NCBI GenBank assembly: GCA_937924675.1
Contig: CALEVL010000173.1
Span: 284-64,283 of the forward strand
Source: an uncultured Ignavibacteria bacterium
GTDB taxonomy: Bacteria > Bacteroidota > Ignavibacteria > Tepidaquicellales > Tepidaquicellaceae
DNA: 64,000 nucleotides
Reading direction: 5' to 3'
A program made the position numbers and the translations under genes. Of the stretch, positions 41,581 to 49,807 are shown piece after piece. Numbering within the stretch: the stretch's first letter is position 1; each line of letters opens with the position of its first letter. The notes beneath the pieces were generated by a model. The model was not told the origin of the DNA. It saw nothing but the letters and a program-made list of their open reading frames with translations, and made no database searches.

Positions 41581-42069
41581 TTATCTTGCAGACTTCCGAA
41601 GCTTCATGCTGGTAATTCCGTCTTTCTTCAGATAAAGTGTATTGCCGCTTGAAGATATTGAATAAGAATCTACCTTTTTAAGTGTGTTGAGAAATGCCTT
41701 TTCGCCATTCATTCCTTCTATACAGAGCATTTCGGTTGTCATTATATTTTCAGATATTTTCATTTTATTATCGTCAATTGAATAACTGCATGAAAAGCTA
41801 TTGCATCCTGAACTGCCGCTTGCACTGTTATTCTTTGTGTCAAACTTAATGAAGGGCTTTTGGTCAGGAAAGAGATCAGTAAATGATTGTTTATTGTGCC
41901 GAATATAGTTCAATTCCCAAGTGGCGTCAAGCGCGGCAGATGTTGAAACTTCTGGATTCTCTTTATTCCTCGGTGCTGACGTTTTGTCGGAGGAACCGCA
42001 TCCCCAAAATGCAAAGATGAAGATGGTTAACATAATGATTCTTTGTCTCATAAGATCTGAAATAACCAT
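41581..42069 (-). CDS. META-domain (HslJ-like) lipoprotein
   Basis: Lipobox FAFWGC. META-like pattern WELNYI..., ASGSSGCNSFSCSYSID and TTEMLCIEGMNGEKAFLNTL. Confidence 0.75.
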   Translation of the reverse strand: MVISDLMRQRIIMLTIFIFAFWGCGSSDKTSAPRNKENPEVSTSAALDATWELNYIRHNKQSFTDLFPDQKPFIKFDTKNNSASGSSGCNSFSCSYSIDDNKMKISENIMTTEMLCIEGMNGEKAFLNTLKKVDSYSISSSGNTLYLKKDGITSMKLRKSAR

Positions 42070-42293
42070 TTGCTTTTATCCAAATGAGTGTGAAACTGAG
42101 ATACTAATCAAACTATGCTTTCTGAAGGATCATCAGAGATTCAAAGTTGAAGCTGCCCGTTATTAGTTCAATAAGTTTGTTCTATACTGCTAATTACATA
42201 TCACTATAATCATATTGGAGGTCCACCGATTTGCTTAGATAACCTCCAATAGGAATTATGAATTGAATAGATCAGCAATTCAGTTCAATTCAC

Positions 42294-44030
42294 TCACTTT
42301 TTTGTGTAGATCGTCTTTCCATCCTTGATCGTCTCCACCACCCTTATATCTTTGATTGTCATAGGATCTGCTTTTAGAGGATTGTTGTCAAGAATCACAA
42401 GGTCTGCTCTCTTGCCGGTTTTTAAACTGCCTTTTGAATCTTCTTCAATATATTGTCGGGCAACATTGATCGTCATTGCCTGAAGTCCTTCGTAGGGCGT
42501 TATCTTCTGATCTGCGCCGATGACTTCTCCTGCGCGGGAAACCCTGTTCACTGCTGACCAAAGCATGAACATCTGATCAATCGGTGCAACATAGAAGTCC
42601 GTATGATTTGTTGGACGAAGTCCTTTATCTATCGCATCGCGCATTGGACTGATGTACATCGCCTGTTCTTTGCCACGGTTAGCAATATGAGACTCAGCAA
42701 AGTAGTATGTATGCAGAGTGTAGAATGAAGGGAGTATCTTGTACTCAAGATATTTATCAAGCTGATCCTTTCTTGTAAACTGCGCATGGATCATTGTAAT
42801 GTGTCTGTCCTTTGTCAGATCATCTTTTGCAGCAAACTCGTGTGCTTTTATGAATGCATCAATGGCACCGTCTCCGTTTGCATGGAGGTTTAGCGGAACA
42901 CCCATTTCATAAACTCGCTTAACTGCCGGGTTAATGATTTCTTGCGGAGCTGATAGTTCTCCGGACCAGTTCTTCTCGCCTCCGGGACCGCCTGTCAGAT
43001 AAGGTTTTGTAAAGAAGGCAGTCTTTCCCTGAGGTGAGCCGTCAATAGTGATCTTAACTCCGCCTATCTTGAAACCCCTGTCATATTTGCCCCATTTTTC
43101 AAGAGGCATTAATTTCAGGCAAGTGTCCAGTTCGGTGATGAAAGGGTACGCAATCACATCAATCATATTAGCACCGCTTTCTGTTGCTCTAAGCATTACT
43201 CTCAGATCATCAGCATGAGTTGCTCCTTCATGCACAGTTGTTATTCCTGATTCTGCATATATCATTTGTCCCGCTTTTGTCCATTCAACTTCCTGCTCAC
43301 GGGTTGGTTTTGGTAAACCTGCAAATACATTGAGATACGCTGTTTCCATTATCAATCCATAAGGTTCATCAGTGCCGGGCTTTCGCACAATCACACCTCC
43401 GGGAGGAGTTTTGGTCTCTGCAGATATATTGAATTTCTTGAGTGCAGCAGAATTGAGAACACCGCCATGCATGGACACATGTCCGACAATTACAGGGTTA
43501 TCCGGAAATACCTTGTCAAGGTCATCACGGTTTAGCAATCGGCCATCCGGCATTACGTTTTCATCATAACCGTAGGCCTGGATCAGTTCACCTTTCGGTA
43601 CATTCTTCTCAACTCTAAATTTTTCTATTGCTGAAACAATGCTCTCAACATCCTTGCCTGGTCCTGCTGGCGGAGCATATACTTTTACCTGATTAGCTGC
43701 TGTCAATGCACTGATATAATGGCTGTGTGCATCAAGGAAACCCGGCAGAAGTGTCTTTCCCTGTAAATCCACCATCTTGTGACCCTTTCCGGCTTTCTTC
43801 ATGGCTTCGTCCTTTGCTCCGACAAAGAGTATTCTGCCGTCTTTCACAACAAGTGCTTCTGCATACACAGGTTGATTACCTTCCATTGTGATGATGTCTC
43901 CATTGTAATACATAATGGCTACACTGCTGTCCAACTTTTTGTCGGAAGTTGATCGCTGTTGATTGTCTGAAGTTTGATTACACCCTCCAATTACAAACAC
44001 TGCGATCACAATGAAGATTAGTCTTCTCAT
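42294..44030 (-). CDS. Amidohydrolase-family (YtcJ-like, amidohydrolase_3) lipoprotein
   Basis: 578 aa with signal/lipobox VIGGC. Metal-binding PGFLDAHSHY near the N-terminus, HANGDGAID, and a C-terminal ADLVILD motif. Confidence 0.85.
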   Translation of the reverse strand: MRRLIFIVIAVFVIGGCNQTSDNQQRSTSDKKLDSSVAIMYYNGDIITMEGNQPVYAEALVVKDGRILFVGAKDEAMKKAGKGHKMVDLQGKTLLPGFLDAHSHYISALTAANQVKVYAPPAGPGKDVESIVSAIEKFRVEKNVPKGELIQAYGYDENVMPDGRLLNRDDLDKVFPDNPVIVGHVSMHGGVLNSAALKKFNISAETKTPPGGVIVRKPGTDEPYGLIMETAYLNVFAGLPKPTREQEVEWTKAGQMIYAESGITTVHEGATHADDLRVMLRATESGANMIDVIAYPFITELDTCLKLMPLEKWGKYDRGFKIGGVKITIDGSPQGKTAFFTKPYLTGGPGGEKNWSGELSAPQEIINPAVKRVYEMGVPLNLHANGDGAIDAFIKAHEFAAKDDLTKDRHITMIHAQFTRKDQLDKYLEYKILPSFYTLHTYYFAESHIANRGKEQAMYISPMRDAIDKGLRPTNHTDFYVAPIDQMFMLWSAVNRVSRAGEVIGADQKITPYEGLQAMTINVARQYIEEDSKGSLKTGKRADLVILDNNPLKADPMTIKDIRVVETIKDGKTIYTKK

Positions 44031-44339
44031 AAGAATAGAATTATTTTAAATTGTAACAAGAATTTGATCTTTGGAAATTGCTGCCATGAAATTCCAAATG
44101 CAATGTTTCGGAATTCAATATTTTGAGGATGGTTTAACAGAGAGCTAAATCACAAAACAGTTTTCAAGATCACATTGCTATTCAGCTGTTGTGCCTTCCA
44201 TTCAGAACCATAAATTTGAACAAACACTGCGATGCAAAATATTGGCAGGGCATCATAGATTCAACTCTAATATACTTGAGGTGAACTCAAATAAAAATCA
44301 CTTTTCAGCAACTTCAAAGTCCAAGTAACTCTACGCAAG

Positions 44340-44447
44340 TACTATTTCTAATTCCCAATTTCTGATTGAAAAAAGCGACATCCGAATTATTCTTCGAATG
44401 CCGCTTTAACTTTTCAGAAAAAAATTCCTAATTCCTAATTCCTAATT
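44340..44447 (-). repeat. Heptamer arrays (AATTAGG family, read on the minus strand) bracketing the korB terminator
   Basis: Minus-strand reading after the korB stop: AATTAGG x3 + AATTTTT (44420-44447), then the terminator hairpin, then AATCAGA AATTGGG AATTAGA AATAGTA (44340-44367). Confidence 0.7.
44369..44405 (-). terminator. Rho-independent terminator after korB
   Basis: Minus strand: AGCGGCATTCGAA, loop GAATAA, TTCGGATGTCGCT (13-bp stem with two G-U pairs), followed by TTTTTT. Confidence 0.85.
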
Positions 44448-44449
44448 GA

Positions 44450-45493
44450 CTAAGCAATCTCCCAGGTCTTATCTCCGGAGAGAATCTCATTGAGCGGAGT
44501 CTTTCCCTTTTTCTTAAGCACGGCCTCTATCTGATTAGCCATTTGAACTTCGTATGTCGGTCTGTCAATTGAATATAACACTCCAAATGGTCTCGGTAAA
44601 TGATAGCCGTTGTGATTTAGATCTGTGAATGCCGCAAGCATCCCTGCTTTTACTTTATCCTTCTCATCATGAATCCACAGGTCGTTTATCGAACTTGTGC
44701 CGTCGTTCAGGTCAACAATTGATGGCTTGAATCCGTCAAGCTTTATTCCTTTGTCTGCATTTTGTCCGTATACAAGCGGTTTGCCGTGTTCAACATATAA
44801 AGCTTCTTCCTTCTTTGTTTCCTTTTCAGAAAATACAAAGAATGCACCGTCGTTGAATACCGGACAGTTCTGATAGATCTCAACGAATGATGCGCCTTTA
44901 TGAACGTGTGCCTGCCTCAATACTGCCTGCATGTGTTTAGGGTCACGATCAAGAGTTCTTGCAACAAAAGAGCCTTTCGCTCCAAGTGCCAGCTCAGCTG
45001 TATTGAACGGTTCCTCTATTGATCCGTAAGGCGATGACTTTGTTACAATACCTGTCTCGGAAGTAGGAGAGTATTGGCCTTTGGTCAATCCGTATATCTG
45101 ATTATTGAAAAGAAGAATCTTGATGTCAAAATTTTTCCTAAGCAGGTGAATGAAATGATTTCCTCCAATTGACAATGCATCTCCGTCACCTGTCACAACC
45201 CAAACACTAAGCTCCGGTCTTGATGCTTTCAGTCCCGAGGCTATTGCTGTAGCCCTGCCGTGTATTGAGTGCATGCCATAAGTGTCCATGTAGTAAGTGA
45301 ATCGTGATGAGCAACCAATGCCTGAAATGAATACGTAATCTTCCTTCTTGAATCCGAGTTCAGGAAAGATAGTCTGTACTTGCTTGAGTATTGAATAATC
45401 GCCACAACCGGGACACCACTTCACATCCTGATCAGGTGCGAAATCCTTGCTTGAAAGCCTTTCCGTGACTGGGTTGCTGTTTGTTTCTATCAT
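44450..45493 (-). CDS. korB: 2-oxoacid (2-oxoglutarate):ferredoxin oxidoreductase beta subunit (TPP-binding)
   Basis: 347 aa. N-terminal CPGCGDYSIL and TPP motif VVTGDGDALSIGGNH. Paired with the alpha subunit upstream. Substrate is not determinable from sequence. Confidence 0.9.
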   Translation of the reverse strand: MIETNSNPVTERLSSKDFAPDQDVKWCPGCGDYSILKQVQTIFPELGFKKEDYVFISGIGCSSRFTYYMDTYGMHSIHGRATAIASGLKASRPELSVWVVTGDGDALSIGGNHFIHLLRKNFDIKILLFNNQIYGLTKGQYSPTSETGIVTKSSPYGSIEEPFNTAELALGAKGSFVARTLDRDPKHMQAVLRQAHVHKGASFVEIYQNCPVFNDGAFFVFSEKETKKEEALYVEHGKPLVYGQNADKGIKLDGFKPSIVDLNDGTSSINDLWIHDEKDKVKAGMLAAFTDLNHNGYHLPRPFGVLYSIDRPTYEVQMANQIEAVLKKKGKTPLNEILSGDKTWEIA

Positions 45494-45498
45494 TTGAA

Positions 45499-47355
45499 TT
45501 AACTATTTAAAAGTTCATTGATTTTTGTTTTGATCTCGCCCGTTGTAAAAGGCAATCCTTTTATTTTTTTCAGTCCAACTGCCGGTATCAGAAACCTGTC
45601 CCTTATAATTCTTATCAACTGTCCGTCATTAATTTCCGGGATCATTACATGTTTGTGATTCTTCAGAAGTTCACCGAGATTGCGGGGCATCGGATTAAGA
45701 TATCTTAGATGAATATGAGCTACATCTTTTCCTTCTTCAAGCAATTCTACCATGGCACCTTTAGCGGAGCCGTAAGTAGAGCCCCAGCTCAATACAAGCA
45801 CTTTTGCATTTTCATTTCCCGAATCCAGTTTCTGAAGAGGTATGTGATCTGCAATAGCATTTATCTTTGCTGCTCTCAAATGCACCATGAGTTCGTGATT
45901 ATTGGCATCATAGGAAATATTTCCTGTCTCATTTGCTTTCTCGAGTCCGCCGATACGGTGCTCAAGTCCGGGTGTTCCGGGCTTTACTCTTGGCCGTACA
46001 AATCTCTCATCTCTCCGGTATGGGTAAAATATTCCTTCTTCAGAATTTGGCTTGTCAGTGAAAACAACATTTATCGGCTGAAGCTGATCCCCGGTTGGAA
46101 ATTTCCACGGTTCTGACCCGTTGGCGATGTAACCGTCACTGAGAAGGATCACAGGTGTCATGTGTTCGAGCGCGATTCGGCAAGCTTCATAAACCGCTTC
46201 GAAACAATCAGCGGGTGAAGCTGCGGCAATGATAGGAAGCGGAGCTTCTCCGTGCCTTCCGTAGAATGCCTGCATAAGATCTGACTGCTCTGTCTTCGTC
46301 GGCAAACCGGTAGAAGGTCCGCCTCTCTGAATATTAATTATAACCAATGGTATTTCAAGCATTGTTGCAAGTCCCATTGCTTCTGCTTTGAGAGACATGC
46401 CCGGTCCTGATGTTGTTGTAACTCCAAGACTTCCTCCGTAAGATGCACCGATGGCTGCGCAAATTCCCGCGATCTCATCCTCCGCCTGAAAGGTACGGAC
46501 ATTCATGTTCTTGTATTTCGAAAGCTCATGAAGTATGTCAGAAGCGGGAGTTATAGGATATGATCCGAGGAACAGAGGACTTCCGGATTTTTCAGCAGCG
46601 GCTATCAATGCAATCACTGCGGCATTATTTCCGGTAATATTCCTGTAAGTTCCTGCGGGAAGTTTTGACGTGCTTATCTTGAATCTTGTATTAAAGATCT
46701 CAGTCGTATCGCCGTAGTTCCATCCTGCCCTCAAAGCTTTGATGTTCGCATCTGCAATAACAGGGCTCTTCGCAAACTTTTCCTGAATGAATTGAATCGT
46801 ATATTCAGGTGACTGATCAAATATCCAGTAAAGCATTCCGAGGACAAACATGTTCTTTGATCTTTCTAGCTCTTTGTTGCTCAATCCAAGGTTTGAAAGA
46901 GCATCCTTTATTAAACTTGTTACATTTACTTTGTAAACAATGTAGTTGTCAAGTGAAGTGTCATCCAGCGGATTTACACCATCGGGGTACTCTGCAAGGC
47001 GGAGATTTTTCGCATCAAATCCTGCAGTATTCGTAATTATGATTCCGCCTTTTTTCAGATTCTTAAGGTCTGATTTCAAAGCCGCAGCATTCATTGCTAC
47101 CAGAACGTCATATTCATCTCCCGGTGTGTATATATCCTTACTGCCAAAGTGTACCTGGAATCCTGAAACACCCGCGAGTGTCCCTGCCGGAGCTCTTATT
47201 TCAGCGGGAAATTCAGGGAAGGTAGCAAGATCTTTACCGAGGAACGCGGCAGTATCTGTAAACTGCATGCCGGTCAATTGCATACCATCTCCGGAGTCAC
47301 CCGAAAAACGGACAACCATACTCTCGGCTTCAATTATTTCTTCTGTGGGTTTCAA
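45499..47355 (-). CDS. korA: 2-oxoacid (2-oxoglutarate):ferredoxin oxidoreductase alpha subunit (fused gamma-alpha)
   Basis: 618 aa with RFSGDSGDGMQLTG at the N-terminus and a PFOR domain I/III-like body. The start is uncertain: TTG 47355 or ATG 47319. Confidence 0.9.
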   Translation of the reverse strand: MKPTEEIIEAESMVVRFSGDSGDGMQLTGMQFTDTAAFLGKDLATFPEFPAEIRAPAGTLAGVSGFQVHFGSKDIYTPGDEYDVLVAMNAAALKSDLKNLKKGGIIITNTAGFDAKNLRLAEYPDGVNPLDDTSLDNYIVYKVNVTSLIKDALSNLGLSNKELERSKNMFVLGMLYWIFDQSPEYTIQFIQEKFAKSPVIADANIKALRAGWNYGDTTEIFNTRFKISTSKLPAGTYRNITGNNAAVIALIAAAEKSGSPLFLGSYPITPASDILHELSKYKNMNVRTFQAEDEIAGICAAIGASYGGSLGVTTTSGPGMSLKAEAMGLATMLEIPLVIINIQRGGPSTGLPTKTEQSDLMQAFYGRHGEAPLPIIAAASPADCFEAVYEACRIALEHMTPVILLSDGYIANGSEPWKFPTGDQLQPINVVFTDKPNSEEGIFYPYRRDERFVRPRVKPGTPGLEHRIGGLEKANETGNISYDANNHELMVHLRAAKINAIADHIPLQKLDSGNENAKVLVLSWGSTYGSAKGAMVELLEEGKDVAHIHLRYLNPMPRNLGELLKNHKHVMIPEINDGQLIRIIRDRFLIPAVGLKKIKGLPFTTGEIKTKINELLNS

Positions 47356-47469
47356 AAGTTTATATAGATTTTAGTTTTGCGTGAAATGAAAAATGTGAAT
47401 ATTGAATACTATAAAATTAAGGAATGGCGGGAAGATATTGAAGTCATTTAAAAATATCGCAGAAGTTTT

Positions 47470-47504
47470 TGACAAGAAGATGGCACCCCAGACGAAGTGC
47501 CATC
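47470..47504 (-). terminator. Hairpin terminator after the DHOD-like gene
   Basis: Minus strand: GATGGCAC, loop TTCGTCTGGG, GTGCCATC (8-bp stem), followed by TTCTTGTC. Confidence 0.6.
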
Positions 47505-47515
47505 AAATCTTCCGA

Positions 47516-48514
47516 TCAAACAAGCAATTTGTAATTATTGAGAGCTTTCATGTAGTTTGCGCGCTCAAATGCGGAAGGATCTGCAACTGATTTCTGACTC
47601 ATGCTGCCTTTCATCTGCTCAATAGATTCGTACTCTTTTTCTTCCATCCAGGCAGTCATTTCTGCAAGTACCTCTGCTATTCTTTCCGGTCCGTAATGCA
47701 AAAGTTCAGAACACATGCAAGTTATGTCAGCTCCTGCCATAATCATCTTGATTACATCTTCATGTGTGTGAATGCCGCTGGTAGCAGCCATGTTTGCCCT
47801 TATCTTCCCGTACAATATTGCAATCCATCTCAAAGGCAATCTCATTGAACGTCTTGTAGAAAGTTCGAGATTAGGAACAACTTCAAGATTCTCAATGTCA
47901 AAATCAGGTTGATAGAATCTGTTGAATAATACCAAAGCATCAGCACCGGCCCTGTCAAGTTTACTGGCCATATTTGCCATTGATGAAAAGTATGGACTAA
48001 GCTTCATGGCAACAGGAATCTTAATACTCTTCTTCACTTCAATGAAATCATTAACATAAATGTCCTCAACATCCTTAGCTTCCATATCAGGATTTGTAGG
48101 AATGTAATAGACATTCAGCTCAAGACCGTCTGCTCCGGCTTCTTCAATAAGTTTGGCATATCTAAGCCAGCCGCCTGTTGAAACTCCGTTAAGACTTCCG
48201 ATCACGGGAATGTCTACCGCTTGTTTGAGATTTGAAATGTGCTTCAGGTATTCATCGGGTCCGAAATTGTAATCCTCCGTTGCAGGAAAGTAAGACAGTG
48301 CTTCAGCATAACTATCCGACCCGTAGCTCATATAATGTTCAAATTCTTTTTCATCATGCGATATCTGTTCTTCGAATAAAGAGTAAACTACAATTGCCGC
48401 CGCCCCAAAGTCTTCAAGTTGCCTTACCCTTTCAACACTTTTGGATAATGGCGATGCAGATGGTACTATCGGGTTCTTTAATTCCAAACCCATGTATTTT
48501 GTTGTGAGGTCCAT
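47516..48514 (-). CDS. Dihydroorotate dehydrogenase-like TIM-barrel flavoprotein (not a canonical PyrD)
   Basis: 332 aa. N-terminus MDLTTKYMGLELKNPIVPSASPL and FMN-site-like ATSGIHTHEDVIKMIMAGAD resemble class-1 DHOD/DPD-B. The active-site loop reads LELNVYYIPT, with no Cys or Ser. Confidence 0.75.
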   Translation of the reverse strand: MDLTTKYMGLELKNPIVPSASPLSKSVERVRQLEDFGAAAIVVYSLFEEQISHDEKEFEHYMSYGSDSYAEALSYFPATEDYNFGPDEYLKHISNLKQAVDIPVIGSLNGVSTGGWLRYAKLIEEAGADGLELNVYYIPTNPDMEAKDVEDIYVNDFIEVKKSIKIPVAMKLSPYFSSMANMASKLDRAGADALVLFNRFYQPDFDIENLEVVPNLELSTRRSMRLPLRWIAILYGKIRANMAATSGIHTHEDVIKMIMAGADITCMCSELLHYGPERIAEVLAEMTAWMEEKEYESIEQMKGSMSQKSVADPSAFERANYMKALNNYKLLV

Positions 48515-48802
48515 AGTAGATTTTTAGAAAGATTTTCTTCAATACCTCAACCCTTGTTCTTTCCGGTGTGATGCTGACTAAAACATTCTTACTTTATATG
48601 TGAGTAGCATTTGCACCGAAATTGAAAAAAGTTATCTCTTACAATATTCACATGAAATTCATTTCCAGGTCTTTGAAGAGCAAAAATCATTCTTCCTTAA
48701 ACGCCAATAAGAATCAACTTGTCATCTTAACTTTATTGGCCGAAAGCACAATTGCATTTGATCTCAAAGACCTGTACGGCAAATCTTGTTTTTAAGTTCG
48801 AC

Positions 48803-49660
48803 CTAGTAAATGTAACCAAGTGAAAGCAACAGTCCGACTTCATTCACTTTCCAAACAGTTTTTTCTTTATCAAAGCTTACCCCAAGATATTTAAGTCCGG
48901 CTGATGTATTCCATTTTGGAGAGAACATGTAACCGAATCCTCCAATTAACATGTATGTCCAATCAGAGTTAACTCCGAATCCTCCAAAGTCAGTCTTAAC
49001 ATAAGAGTACCATTTTTTCGACAAAACAAAATCTGCCTGAAACCCGATAACAGGATCGACCCAGGAATTTTTTTTGCTTTTCATTACCTGAGTACCATTT
49101 GTTTCGTTAAAAGTAATTTCGGCATCAAGCGACCAAATCCTTGTGCCTCCATAGACATCAAGTGAAACATTCTTGCTTCCCGTTCCAACACTATATGCCA
49201 AAGCTAAGTCGGTTGTCAATTGCTTAAATGAGGGGTTTGCGCTTGCAATTCCATATCCATCAGGTACTGTTGCATCAAAACCTTTGAGATTCATATAATC
49301 AACATCATACAATAAACTCACCTTTTTATATTTGAACTTACCGGCGACCATCAGGGCAAACTTCAAACTTCCGGCCAAGTCGCTGAAACTTTTGTTGAAT
49401 TCAACATAGGACGGATACCCTTCCTCTATCAAACCCGGTACACCCACTGAACCGCCAACTCCCGCCAGCCACAGGTATGGATTAATAGTGAAAGTGAAGT
49501 CCTTCGTTTTGGCGGCAACAATATCTCCGCTGTGTTCTTTCGAATTTCCTTTGTTCCCAAATCCCAATGATTTCTCATTCAGATTAAGTCGGGGATTTGT
49601 CTGAGCAAATACATTGGATGAAAAAATTAAAAGCAGGATGATTACGAATGTGCTTTTCAT
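48803..49660 (-). CDS. Outer-membrane beta-barrel protein
   Basis: Start at the internal ATG (MKSTFVIILLLIFSSNVFAQ signal peptide). Alternating beta-strand pattern. C-terminal aromatic residue (LSLGYIY). Confidence 0.7.
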   Translation of the reverse strand: MKSTFVIILLLIFSSNVFAQTNPRLNLNEKSLGFGNKGNSKEHSGDIVAAKTKDFTFTINPYLWLAGVGGSVGVPGLIEEGYPSYVEFNKSFSDLAGSLKFALMVAGKFKYKKVSLLYDVDYMNLKGFDATVPDGYGIASANPSFKQLTTDLALAYSVGTGSKNVSLDVYGGTRIWSLDAEITFNETNGTQVMKSKKNSWVDPVIGFQADFVLSKKWYSYVKTDFGGFGVNSDWTYMLIGGFGYMFSPKWNTSAGLKYLGVSFDKEKTVWKVNEVGLLLSLGYIY

Positions 49661-49807
49661 TTCTGATGTTTTTAGTTTAGTAAAATATTCTCTGCCTTTC
49701 GAGCAGATATTGTGCATTAAGAAATCAATAAAAGTTATATCATTTCGGAAACTTAGAGCAGTTGCCATTTTCTATTTCAAAAGAACAAATTGGATGTTCA
49801 AAATATA

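Noticed and set aside
44340-44447. The heptamer arrays here, at 30071-30141 and at 62469-62503, considered as possible CRISPR arrays or telomere-like repeats.
   Set aside because: The units are 7 nt and directly tandem with no spacers. The arrays hold only 3-5 units, and no cas genes are present. They are kept as unexplained short tandem repeats instead.
48666-48774. An 11-bp perfect inverted repeat, CAGGTCTTTGA / TCAAAGACCTG, separated by about 85 nt in the OMP/DHOD-like spacer.
   Set aside because: The loop is too long for a terminator, there is no U tract, and it is a single occurrence. It could be chance or a weak operator, and there is not enough evidence to call it.
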